DNA of 64,000 nt from Octopus bimaculoides (taxonomy: Eukaryota): assembly GCF_001194135.2 (NCBI RefSeq), contig NC_068983.1, positions 22,276,378 through 22,340,377 on the forward strand, written 5' to 3'. The notes below the pieces were generated by a model. That model searched no databases. It was given only the letters and a program-made list of their open reading frames with translations, and was not told where the DNA came from. Shown here one piece after another: positions 25,300 through 36,565 of the stretch (position 1 is the stretch's first letter; the number at the start of each line of letters is the position of its first letter). Position numbers and translations under genes: made by a program.

Positions 25300-25626
25300 T
25301 GAGGTAGTATCAAAAAGTTCCTAGACTAACTATGTTTGCCCTGTCACCATAAGCTTGCTGAAGCATGCTCAATGTCTCTGTAGCAGACTTCCCAAGTTTA
25401 GCGCAAAATTTCACATTGGCACTTTGTTCCAACTTTCTGTCCAGACAAAAATCGCAGACTACAGTATACACATATCGCAAAGATACAAATTTCACAACTT
25501 GCGAAGTAAACACAGTGATGTCACTCAGCACACTGCCCCATGGAAATCACCGCCAGTTTTCACTGTGCACACAACTGTGTGCTGCCATCTGTCGGCACAC
25601 TACAGAACAACTCCAGGAACTTTTTT
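25300..25626 (-). mobile_element. Internally deleted mariner element retaining the transposase N-terminus
   Basis: Minus strand encodes RKLEQSANVKFCAKLGKSATETLSMLQQAYGD (mariner N-terminal HTH). TIR-like TGAGGTAGTATCAAAAAGTTCC and GGAACTTTTTT. Confidence 0.8.
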
Positions 25627-25631
25627 ACTCA

Positions 25632-25830
25632 GGAAGAGACTATCCTAGAGTACATTCTGCCTTATCTTCGAAACGTCTAGTTAGAATAGAGGCAGCTGAC
25701 GAAGGATTAATTCCAAGTGGCTATCTGTTTTCCTATGTGTTCGTTCCGTGGTCTGTAGTTCATTGTTCTAACGTCCTGTACCCTGATATGCATCTATATA
25801 CACATGTAGATGTAAGTATTACATATATGT
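25632..25830 (+). mobile_element. Unclassified repeat, putative Penelope-like relic ending in (TA)n
   Basis: Contains TTCGAAACGTC and AGCTGACGAAGGA. Shares AGCTGA(C/T)GAAGGA...GTCCTGTACCC(A/T)GATATGCA with 35994-36160. Confidence 0.45.
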
Positions 25831-25856
25831 GTGTATACATGCATATATATTCTTTG

Positions 25857-25899
<43 letters not shown>

Positions 25900-27652
25900 C
25901 ACACACACTAATTGATATTAACTATATGAAATCTTTATTGCACATGGGTGTATAAGGATTTGAATCAACAAGTATAGTGTTAATTTGAGGGTTACACAAG
26001 ATAAGGGTTACCAAAAAACCACTATGCTCCAGATTCCAGGTTTTTAGGAAGCCATACCCAAATAGGTATATAATTATAGGTTTGTTATGAGTTTCATTTC
26101 ATTTTCTTTGAATTCTATGAAAGCTAGCTCAATAACAGAGCACAGAACAGAGAACAAAGGAAAACAGAAAAACAAAGGGAGAAAAGAAGGTAAAGAAAAC
26201 AAGTCAGAAAAGCAGGGAAGGTAAAAAAAAAAAAAAAAAAAAGACAGAAAGGGAAGACAAAATAGAGAGAGAGAGAAAAAAAAAACAAAGAATGAAAGTA
26301 TAGCAATGAAATACTCATGAGAATGGAAGTCTTTATTGAACCAGTTCCTAAATTCCTTTGGTTGTTGTCTTTCAGTATGTTAAAATGGCAGAGCTAACTG
26401 AATAGCTAATAATACTTACACTGCTATGGAGAGTCCATACAAGTGTAGTAACCAGCTCTACTAAGATAATGCCCATCAGTACATTGAGGTTTTTTTTTTT
26501 TTTTTTTTTTTTTTCCCTCCCCCATTTATGTAAATAAATCGATCATCTACTTTTGAAGTTTAAAAGCAATTCAAGGGGGTAAAAATAGATTTGCAAAAAG
26601 GAATTTCAACTGTTTTAGAATAAAAGAAATTGTAGTATAAAACCAAAATAAATACACTACACACAACTGGTGAAAGAAATATAGTAACACTGGTTACCAA
26701 TATCCAATGTACCAATAACTAGTAAACTGTATTGATGAGTGTGACAAGAGAGTGAGAGCATGTAACTTGAAGTGGGCTGCAGGGTTTTTTATAGTTCTTA
26801 GGCTTTTGTTTACATCTTCCATTGATGTACAATGGCAAATGATATACAAACAGGCATTACACACACAAACGCTTCCATTCTGAGATAAGCTACAATTAGT
26901 GTCCTCCACTGACATTTCCATGTCAACAAATCATCCAGTGTCTCAGAGCTTTCAAATATATGCGGAATGAAAGACTCCATGCTTCATAAACAGGTAAGGG
27001 TGAGAAGCAGGAAAGGCATCCAGCTGGAGAAAAAATTGCTTTGAGAAGCATTCATTTAACCCCTAGATATAAAAATACAAACATGTCACAATTGTGAACA
27101 AACACATATCACAAGCTTCTCCACAGTTTTTGTCAACTAAATTCCACCTGCCAGGCACTGGTTAACCCAAAGCGATGGTACAAGACATTTATTTGCCTAA
27201 GGTGCCACACAGAAAGATCGCACTCAAAACCATATGTTTACAAAGTAGGAATTCTTAATGATACAGCCGTACCTGTTACAGTCACTGAAGGAAAGAGGAG
27301 AAATAAACAGAACGAAAGGGGAAAAAAGGTGTATGTGTCTTATTGACAAAGATCCTTGAAAGAGATTAAGATCTACAATGATTCTACACTGCTGTCAATA
27401 AAATATGTTTAGCTAAACAACAAAAAGTAAGTCTAAAAATTGTTTTATAAACTGAATACCATATGTTTCTTGTATTTTATTTAATGTAATATGGCTGTGT
27501 GGTTATAAAATTTTATTACCCAACCACAAAGATTTAGGTTCAATCCCACTGTGTGGCCAACCAAAGCTTTGTGAGATTTGGTTGGCAGAGACTGAAAGAC
27601 ACCTGTGGTGTGCATATTGTCTTTCTGTGTGTGTGCAGGCATGCAATATATT

Positions 27653-27689
<37 letters not shown>

Positions 27690-29100
27690 TTGTACCTCCT
27701 TGTCCAGGCATCATGTAATAGTTGTAAATGAGTTTCACTGTCATACGAGCAGTGCTATTCAAGATTATGGGGGCTCACCAGAATAGAATAGTAACCAAAG
27801 GGGTCTATAGATAAAAAAAAAAATGGTTGAGAACCTCTACCCATCAAGTAGTGCTCCAGTATGACCACAGTCTAATGACTGAATAAATAAAAGACAAAAG
27901 ATAAAAAAATAACTACTGAAAAGAAAAACAACTTATTTAGCTTCAGTGGCATTCATAGGCTTCTTTGCTATTTTCAAAAATTTTCTGAGATACCAGAAAT
28001 GGAAGATGTTCCTACAATCAATTTCAATCAACAAAACTGAACGAAACAAAGCGGCCCCAACAGAGGTTGGATTCTTTGAATACAGAGAGAAAAAAAACAG
28101 GAGTAAATGACAATGATGACAACAATGATGATTACAGCAAGAATGGCGATCCCAATTGATGGCTATGGAGATAATTTTTCATCCTTTGGATGGGTGGTGA
28201 AGAATGATAATGATGACAGTGTGAAAAGAAAATAGAAACAATGATGATGATATCAATAATGATGTTGCTCTGATCTTGTTGCTGCCGCTACTAATGCTGA
28301 TGCCAACAACGCCAACAACAACCATGATGATCTATAGGGCTAATAGGTACTTAATTGTGTAACTAATTACATCATAGAAGACAATTATAAATGCAATTAT
28401 TATTATCATTACCATTATAATTTTTATTATTATCATCATTCTTATTATTGCTGTTATTCGTTAAATGAAAATAAAACACATAGCATACAGACCAAAAAAG
28501 ACAAACATACAAATGTCAAAAGCATAAACTAGGGAAAAAAAAAAACATCATCATCATGAGTAACATTACAATTCCAAATATTTCATTGTTTTAAAATCAG
28601 GCAACTGTGTAACAAGACAGACAAACACAGTTTCACATTTCCACAGCAGTGCTCTATCTCTGTTTGTCAATGTAATACAATTATAAGTGAGGGGGAAATT
28701 TAAAAAAAAAATTTTTTTTGTTCTCTTTGCTAAATAAATTTAATTAAAAACAATGTAAAAAAACAAAACAAATGAATAAATAAATAAAAGCACCCCAGAA
28801 ATTATTATTGGTAGTTTCTTTGCTAAACAGGAAGAGAAGAGCTGGCATCAACCAGGAACCCATTCATACTAAACCAAACAGCAAACACTTGGAAACTAAG
28901 AAACAAATTAAAACAGAAACATGCAAGAAGAAGCCATCCATCCACAATAGAGTTTGTTTGTCTCTTTAACTTGGAAACTCAGAGAAAAATTATGGTTCCT
29001 CTAGAACTACAGGAGACCATTTGGAAATATGGAAGGGGAGGTTGTGAGAATGGTTAAAGAAATAAATAAGAACAATGTTGAACAAGAAGAATAGCTGTTT

Positions 29101-29298
29101 CTAATTTCAGCACAAAGCCAGCAGTTTTGAGGGGAAGGGATAAGACAATACTAACAATTCCAGTTCTTGAGTGGTACTTTGGTATTATCAATCTCTAAAG
29201 GACGAAAAGCAAAGGTGGCCTTAGTGGGATTTGAACTCAGGTGTAAAAAACCAGAAAAAATGCTACAAATATATTTTAAGACTAACATATTTGCTTCC

Positions 29299-29350
<52 letters not shown>

Positions 29351-29778
29351 TCTACTATAGGTACAAAGCCTGAAATTTTGAGGAAGGGGAAGGTCAATTA
29401 CACTGACCCCAGCACTCAACTGGTACTTATTTTATGAACCCCTAAAGATAGAGTCAACCTTGGTAGAATTTCAACTCAGAACACGAAGACAGATGAAATA
29501 CTACTAAGCATTTTGCCCAGCATGCTAACAATTCCACCAGCTCACTGCCTTATATATATAATAATAGCAATAATAATCCCTTCTATCAGAGGCACAAGCC
29601 CTGAAATTTAGTGGAAGGGGATAGTCAGGTGCTTCAACCCCAGAACTCAACTAGTATATATTTTTTCACCAACCTTGAAAGGATGAAAGACGAAGTCAAC
29701 CTCAGCAGAATTTGAACTCAAAGCGTAAGGAAAGACAAAATGCCGCTAAGCATTTTGCTCAACACGCTAACAATTCTG
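29101..29778 (-). mobile_element. Three head-to-tail SINE family C copies linked by (AAT)n
   Basis: Copies at about 29101-29298, 29348-29550 and 29578-29778. Each has TTTGAACTCAG / TTTCAACTCAG (B-box reverse complement) and ...CTAACA. A fourth copy lies at about 30053-30207. Confidence 0.8.
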
Positions 29779-29783
29779 AATCC

Positions 29784-30037
29784 TCATCATCATTGTTGAA
29801 TGTCCGTTTTCCATGCTGGCGTGGGTTGAACGGTTTGATTGGGGGCCAGCAAGCCAGGAGGCCGCACCAGGCTCCAATCTGATCTGGCAGTTGTTTCTAT
29901 AGCTGGATGCCCTTCCTAACGCCAACTACTCCAAGAGTGTAGTGGGTGCTTTTTACATGCCACTGGCACGGGATCCAGCCAGGCAGCACTGGCATCAGCC
30001 ACCGTTCAGATGGTGCTTTTTACATTCCACTGGCACG
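29784..30037 (-). mobile_element. RTE-type 3' end
   Basis: (CAT)n...TCCGTTTTCCATGCTGGC...GCTGGATGCCCTTCCTAACGCCAAC. Confidence 0.85.
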
Positions 30038-30218
30038 TAGAAATAATAATAAACCTTTCTACTGTAGGCACAATTGAGTCAGTGCCATCAACCATGGTGC
30101 TTAATCACTACTTTTATTTTGTCATGGATGAAAGGCAAAGTTGAGTTCAGCAGGATCTGAGCGCAGAACAAACAACTGTAAGCGTCTGATGCACTAACAA
30201 TTCTGGTAGTAATAATAG

Positions 30219-30588
30219 CCACAGGTGTGTCTATGTGGTAAGGAGTTTACTTCACAACCACATGGTTCTGGGTCGGTCCCACTGTATGGCACTTTAGGCA
30301 AGTGTCTTCTATAGCTTTGGACCAACCAAAGCTTTGTGGGTAGATGTGGTAGGCGGAAACTGAAAGAAGCCCAAATTGGGTGTGTGTGTTCGTGCCTGTC
30401 CCCCACCACTGCTTGACAGCCAGTGTTGGTATGTCTATATTCCCGTAAGCAAAAGAGATCAATTGTGTAAGTACCAGGCTGAAAGAAATAATTACTGGGC
30501 ATCAGTCCATTGGACAAAAATTCATCAAGGTGGTGGCCCAGCATGGTCACAGTCTAATGACTGAAACAAGTAAAAGAAAAAATAAAAG

Positions 30589-30590
<2 letters not shown>
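30219..30590 (+). mobile_element. SINE family B, full length, antisense to FoxN2/3
   Basis: Head ...CTATGTGGTAAGG...GGTTCTGGGTCGGTCCCAC, 3' end GGTGGCCCAGCATGGTCACAGTCTAATGACTGAAACAAGTAAAAG. Confidence 0.85.

Positions 30591-30644
<54 letters not shown>
30591..30644. repeat. (AAT)18 microsatellite starting 9 nt inside the intron behind the FoxN2/3 donor
   Basis: Direct reading. Confidence 0.95.
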
Positions 30645-30645
<1 letters not shown>

Positions 30646-30653
30646 TTATTTAC

Positions 30654-31262
30654 CTGGCCTTTTTCTTTCTCAACCTTCTTGAAGCATTTATTCAGTGACA
30701 AATTATGCCGCACTGAATTTTTCCAACCTGTTGGTGCGCTTAGGAAGTAAGGGAAATTCTTTAATATCCAAGAGTAGATGTCTTTGACAGGCAAGCTTTT
30801 CTGTGGGGATTCCTCAATTGCCATAAAAATTAGGCAACTAAAGGAATAAGGGGGTTTATTGTTGATATGTTTTTGAGGATTATATGGTACATGGGGTGGG
30901 TGTATTGGGGTTGATGCAGGGACCACAGCTTGTATGTCTCCATTTTCTTTTTGTCCGTCCTCATCTGTTAGCTGGTCATCCACCTCACCAGCATTAATGT
31001 TCTTGATCAAATTGGTGTCCTGCAGCCACGCAAGGCTTGTTAGTTCATCGTCTTCATCCATGGGCCCTTTATCAAGGCGTAGTTCTGTGAAACAACTGTT
31101 ACTCAGAGGATCGGTCTTCATATCTTCGGAATCAGAGTCCATATAATTGAGAGCACGTGACAGCGCACTCCCTGGGAAGCTCTGGCTTAGACTATTGACA
31201 AGTCTTTGCCGCATGGAAGCATCACTTTCATCAAGGCTCCTGTTGCTGCCCATGTTTGCCAT
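30654..31262 (-). CDS. FoxN2/3: Forkhead box N2/3 (FOXN3/CHES1-like) transcription factor, first or early coding exon (203 codons, N-terminus to most of forkhead domain)
   Basis: KPPYSFSCLIFMAIEESPQKSLPVKDIYSWILKNFPYFLSAPTGWKNSVRHNLSLNKCFKKVEKEKGQ (30857-30654) closely matches the FOXN2/FOXN3 forkhead as I know it. Upstream subfamily motif DDELTSLAWLQDTNLI. Phase-0 donor CAG|GTAAAT. The start codon could lie in an upstream exon. Confidence 0.95.
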
Positions 31263-31281
31263 GGGCCATATATCAGCCCCT
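31263..31281 (-). other. Splice acceptor (TTTTTTTAG|G, AG at 31281-31280) and 17-nt exonic leader before the ATG
   Basis: Minus strand ...TTATTTTTTAAATTTTTTTAG|GGGCTGATATATGGCCC ATG. Confidence 0.8.
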
Positions 31282-31524
31282 AAAAAAATTTAAAAAATAA
31301 TCACAATTAAGACATACTATTAACAAAAGGCACATTCATGTGTGAATTTAATAATAATATAAAAGAGCATTTTTATGTATCTTTCTTTGGTTTTAATATA
31401 TAATAGAATAACAGGTAACTACAACTCTCCATGTATTATCTAAGCACAAACAAACTTATATATAAGCCTTCTTTCTTCCTTTTCACAACCAAATAATACT
31501 TCAACTTCACCAACAATTATAAAC

Positions 31525-31935
31525 TTTCGACAAAGGTGAGGTGAGCCCTACAACAGAGTGCTTACTCCCACATCTGGAACATTATCATTACAGCATGCAC
31601 ATCCTTGACCAATATCTAAAGAAAAGCTAATCTACTACTTGGCATGAAGTGCCTCACAAACACTTTAACCAGTGTCTCCTCTCTATGCCTTTTCTACCAC
31701 TACTACCTTGGCCTCTGCTCTTCAAAGCCAGATGGTCACATGCCAGCTCTATATAAGCACTTGGATTTCATCTGTCTCCTTGTCACCCATATTGTATCTC
31801 CATATACACACAGAATGCACCACACTAACTGCTACAGCCAAACATTCTTAATGGAGAACAGCATCCCTCTGGATATGTCTACATGTGTTTTTCCTGGTAT
31901 CATAAACTTGCAGCTTGTTTTAAGAAGAAATTAAC
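31525..31935 (+). mobile_element. Decayed 3' fragment of a CR1-superfamily (L2/Crack/Zenon-like) LINE ORF2
   Basis: Frameshifted similarity to YKAQVRP.MEYCSHIW (AAAGGTGAGGTGAGCCCT...CCCACATCTGG) and SLSLFYRYY.G.CSS (SSLCLFYHYYLGLCSS), judged from memory of family consensus. Confidence 0.55.
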
Positions 31936-33342
31936 TACATCAGTCTAACTGGTCTTGCAGGGCATGCAAAGACCCTAGGCACAAAATAAACCAGAACATG
32001 CACGCATGCATGCACACAAATCAATGAACATTTGAAAGTCAATATCTAGCAGAAAAATGTGAGTAGAATATACGAACAAGGATAAGGGAAGTAGCTCTCT
32101 GTGCAGCAAAGTATACCTTTAAGCACATATGTATTTATGCACATTTACACACACACACACACACACACCTAAATGCACACAGCTAACAAAAACAGAGTAG
32201 TTACAAATGTTTTCAATAGATGGAAAAAAAAATTATTCTAAAAATAAAATTAACTAAAACACAAACTAATCACAACTAAATAAAATGACTTTTCTACTAT
32301 TAAAAACTTAAACACAAAAATAGATGCCTCTTAGTTAAAACAGAAACACACACACAAACAAACAAACAAACACTCATACTCTTCTATTAAATGCTTTCTC
32401 CTGGCTATAAAAGAACAAGAAGGGGAAAAAGGTGGTGGCTTGTTGTTCTTCCACAATTAGATTACAGACAGGAGGGAATTAAAAGAATTTATAAAAGACA
32501 TTTTATAAATAGCAGAGAGTTAAAATAATTGAAAGTATTGATCCATTATATAGATCATTACTAAGTTCCTTAACCTATTTGAACTTGTATATCTCCTCTC
32601 TTTTTTTTCCCCCAAATGGGGCAGCCTTGTATTTCCTGTACTGCAAGGCACCCATTTCTGTCCCTCAATCACACTCTAACCTCTCCTTACATCTCAATAC
32701 TACTCCCCACTCAGCTGACAGGTCATGTCTTGCAAATTACATGGTGACCTCACTGGTGCTCATGTCACATAAAATGTACCCAGTTCACTCTGTAAAGTGG
32801 TTAGCATTAGGAAAGGCATCCAACCACAGAAACCATGCCACCAAAGCAGACAGCAGACAGCAGAGCTGGGCCCAGTCTTTTGAATGAAGGCAGGCATTGA
32901 ATGCTAATTATAATGATGATCAACGTTATTTGCTTCAAGTGTACTGTTCAACCTTCAATATATACTGCTATCTCTAGCAGACAGGTGTCCACCAGTGAAC
33001 ATAAGCACAAATAGCTCAAAACCAGATGGTCTGGTGGTCCCCATCATCATTGAAAGATGGCTGGGGGTGGGGGGCTTGCAATATATATTGGGTGCAGATT
33101 GCATCGATAACCAGCTGGAAAAGGCATCCTCCAGGGGTTAAAAACATAGTAACATCGGTTCCTATAGAACAGCCATGTTTAAGTGACAATAAACATTACC
33201 TATCAGTATAGTTACTACTTTCATCACTTACAGAGATTTTCTNNNNNNNNNNNNNNNNNNNNNNNNNNNNNNNNNNNNNNNNNNNNNNNNNNNNNNNNNN
33301 NNNNNNNNNNNNNNNNNNNNNNNNNNNNNNNNNNNNNNNNNN

Positions 33343-33378
<36 letters not shown>

Positions 33379-34189
33379 TGCACACACACATACACATCAT
33401 TATTGAACAATGACACCTGAAATTCTATGTAGTTGCAGTGGTTAATATAAACACCAGTGTTTCATGATGCATGGAATTTTTTCGAAGCCATGTTTCCATA
33501 TACAAGAAATAGCATCAAAGTCAACCTCAAATCACAACCCAGCTACACCCAAAACTCTCAAACAGCTACAGTTATATAGGCACCAGAGTTACGCAATCCA
33601 TAGAATTTTTCAAACTACTGTGTCAGTATATAAGAAACAGCAGCCATATCTCCCTCAAATCACATCCCTACCATATTTAAAAAGAATTCTTAAAAAATGT
33701 AAAACATACATCATACTCTAAGATAGACAATGTCTGATGTAAGAAAACAAACTAAATGAGGGTCTGTTTATGTGGTCACCCAACCTGTTAGAAATATGAA
33801 CCATAATTGGATAATGTATCAGTGTCCTTAGAACTAAAAAGATAGAATGGTCATAGCAGGAACGCTTCTGATGAAAGGTTCCCCTATCAAAAGAGACCTT
33901 GGGTTAAACAACCTCAAAGAAGACAGAAATGAATAGAGAATAAAAATAAATACAAATTACAACAGTGCAACTATTGAAGAAACTGACAAAGTATAACGAT
34001 GGTAGTGGTGGTGGTGGTGATGGTGGTTGTATGTGGTGGGCGGGAGTGAAGTAAAGTGATAGTAAAGAAGTATCATATTCAAGGTTGGTTATATAATATA
34101 ACCTGCTGGGTGTAACTCCAGCTGACTGACTGATTTATTCAACCAGATGTATGAGCAATGTGCAAACAATAAGAGAGAGGTGGAGGAAG

Positions 34190-34703
34190 AGAGAGAGAAG
34201 GGAAGAGAGAGAGAAGGGAAGAGAGAGAGAGAGAAGGGAAGAGAGAGAGAGAGAAGGGAAGAGAGAGATAGAGAAGGGAAGAGAGAGAGAGATAGAGAAG
34301 GGAAGAGAGAGAGAGATAGAGAGAGACTGCATGCATGGAGACAGAGAAGGAGGCTTAGTGAGAAGATGAGAATTGTAAGAGTTGAGATGCAAAGTACTCT
34401 ATGCATTATACAATATATATATGTGTGCGTGTGTGTATACATATATACACACACACATATATACGCATACATATATATATACACACATACATACGTATAC
34501 ACACACATATATATATATATACACATACATACATACATACATATACACAGATACATAGACACACATATATACACATACATACATACACACATACACACAC
34601 ACATATATATACACACAATATATACACACATACGCACATACATACATAATATATACACATACATACATATACATGCAAACATGCATATACACATATATAC
34701 ACA

Positions 34704-34752
<49 letters not shown>
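34190..34752. repeat. Purine repeat (GAGA..GAAGGGAA)n followed by compound (AC/AT)n tract
   Basis: Direct reading. It explains the spurious ORFs at 34089-34947. Confidence 0.9.
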
Positions 34753-34755
<3 letters not shown>

Positions 34756-35267
34756 AACACAGTAAAAGAGAGAGAGAATTATAACAGCAACAAATGTGCA
34801 CACTGACACAACTGGATTATTTAACCTGATCTGCGTACAATGTACAACAATTGTAGACACAGTGTTTGCCTGTGGTGCATGTGCTGGGTTGCAGGGTATC
34901 ACACCTAATGAATAGAAACACACCCATGTTACCACCTGCATATGCACTCACCAACAAAATCTAAGTGCGTATGAACACTCACACATGCATGCACACATTC
35001 AAAAGTACACATGCACTTGAAGTAGACAGGTCTGTGCATAGATGCATTCACACACACACACACACACAGATGTAAATATATACACACCAGAAATAAAATC
35101 TGAAAGACTAAAATAAAGGGAGTGAGTGAGTGGGGTTCTTCATTGTAGGTTAATATAGTTCAACAGGATTAGTGTCAGTCACACGTTTATTATAAAGGCA
35201 TATCAATTAACTGACAAATTTCATCACATACTATAAAATAACAGACAACTTGTGTATGTATGTATAC

Positions 35268-35320
<53 letters not shown>

Positions 35321-35434
35321 CATACACACACATATATATTTACATATATATGTGTGTGTGTGTGTGTGTAAATATATAAAAATAAAAAGATAAAGAGAGC
35401 AATGGTAAGGTTGGAGAAGTATTTTATGGATAGA

Positions 35435-35483
35435 GTCTTACAGCTGTTTCTGGGAAGATCCAGTACTTCCCTTCATCGGAGAC
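35435..35483 (-). ncRNA. Candidate minimal type I hammerhead ribozyme variant (Penelope-associated type, palindromic stem III)
   Basis: GTCT-CCGATGA-A-GGGAAG tactggat CTTCCC-A-GAAA-CAGCTGT-A-AGAC: 4-bp stem I, 6-bp stem II, ACAGCTGT palindrome, GUA cleavage triplet. Core deviates (U4C, extra A on both sides of stem II). Confidence 0.55.
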
Positions 35484-35993
35484 AGAAAAAATAAAGCAAT
35501 CTATTATTATATCCATAGGCGGATATTTTTAGTATGAAGTGGTAAAGAGTGTGATGTGCTGAAAAAAGAGAGAACAGTACTTGAAGTCTAGTTTCATTCC
35601 AGTAGTAAATATCCGTGTAGAAATCCATGTAAAGTAATCCTTGTGGGGATAATCCGGAAATTTATGTTGGAGCGAAAGTTGATATAGCNNNNNNNNNNNN
35701 NNNNNNNNNNNNNNNNNNNNNNNNNNNNNNNNNNNNNNNNNNNNNNNNNNNNNNNNNNNNNNNNNNNNNNNNNNNNNNNNNNNNNNNNNNNNNNNNNNNN
35801 NNNNNNNNNNNNNNNNNNNNNNNNNNNNNNNNNNNNNNNNNNNNNNNNNNNNNNNNNNNNNNNNNNNNNNNNNNNNNNNNNNNNNNNNNNNNNNNNNNNN
35901 NNNNNNNNNNNNNNNNNNNNNNNNNNNNNNNNNNNNNNNNNNNNNNNNNNNNNNNNNNNNNNNNNNNNNNNNNNNNNNNNNNNNNNNNNNNNN

Positions 35994-36160
35994 TATATAT
36001 ATAACGCCGGTGTTAAAACGGGGGTAGCTGATGAAGGAAAATGTTCTCTATGTGGCTTGTGTGTTTTCTTGTCTACGTTTTGTTTGCAATGTCCTGTACC
36101 CAGATATGCACCTATACATACAGGTGGATGTCGGTATGCACATACCTGTACGTATATATG
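35994..36160 (+). mobile_element. Unclassified repeat related to 25690-25830 (putative Penelope-like relic)
   Basis: AGCTGATGAAGGA (CTGATGA at 36028-36034)...GTCCTGTACCCAGATATGCACCTATACATACAGGTGGATGT. Confidence 0.45.
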
Positions 36161-36184
36161 CATATACTCATTTACTATTTGTTT

Positions 36185-36216
<32 letters not shown>

Positions 36217-36565
36217 GCACACACATATGTACATACATACATATATGTATGTATTCTTTCATTTTAGTCGAACAAACCGACCCAGGACTTATTCTTTGTA
36301 AGTCCAGTACTTCTTTTATCAGCCTGTTTTGCTGAACCACAAGCCCATTGCTGAACCACAAGCCCATTGCTGAACCACAAGCCCATTGCTGATTTTCTTG
36401 ATGTTTCACTCAATTGTTTGTTATCTTCCCATATTTAGCACATAAATCTTGCTTCAGTCAACCTTGCATTTCATCCTTCCAGGGTTTTTAAAGTACCAGC
36501 CAAATACTGGAGTTGATATAATGACTAATGCCTGACCTTAAAACTGCTGACCTTGTGCCCTAAAT

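Noticed and set aside
30934-31146. 70-aa plus-strand ORF antisense to the FoxN2/3 exon, and minus ORF 16677-17039 antisense to the RT
   Set aside because: Shadow ORFs of real coding frames with no independent signal.
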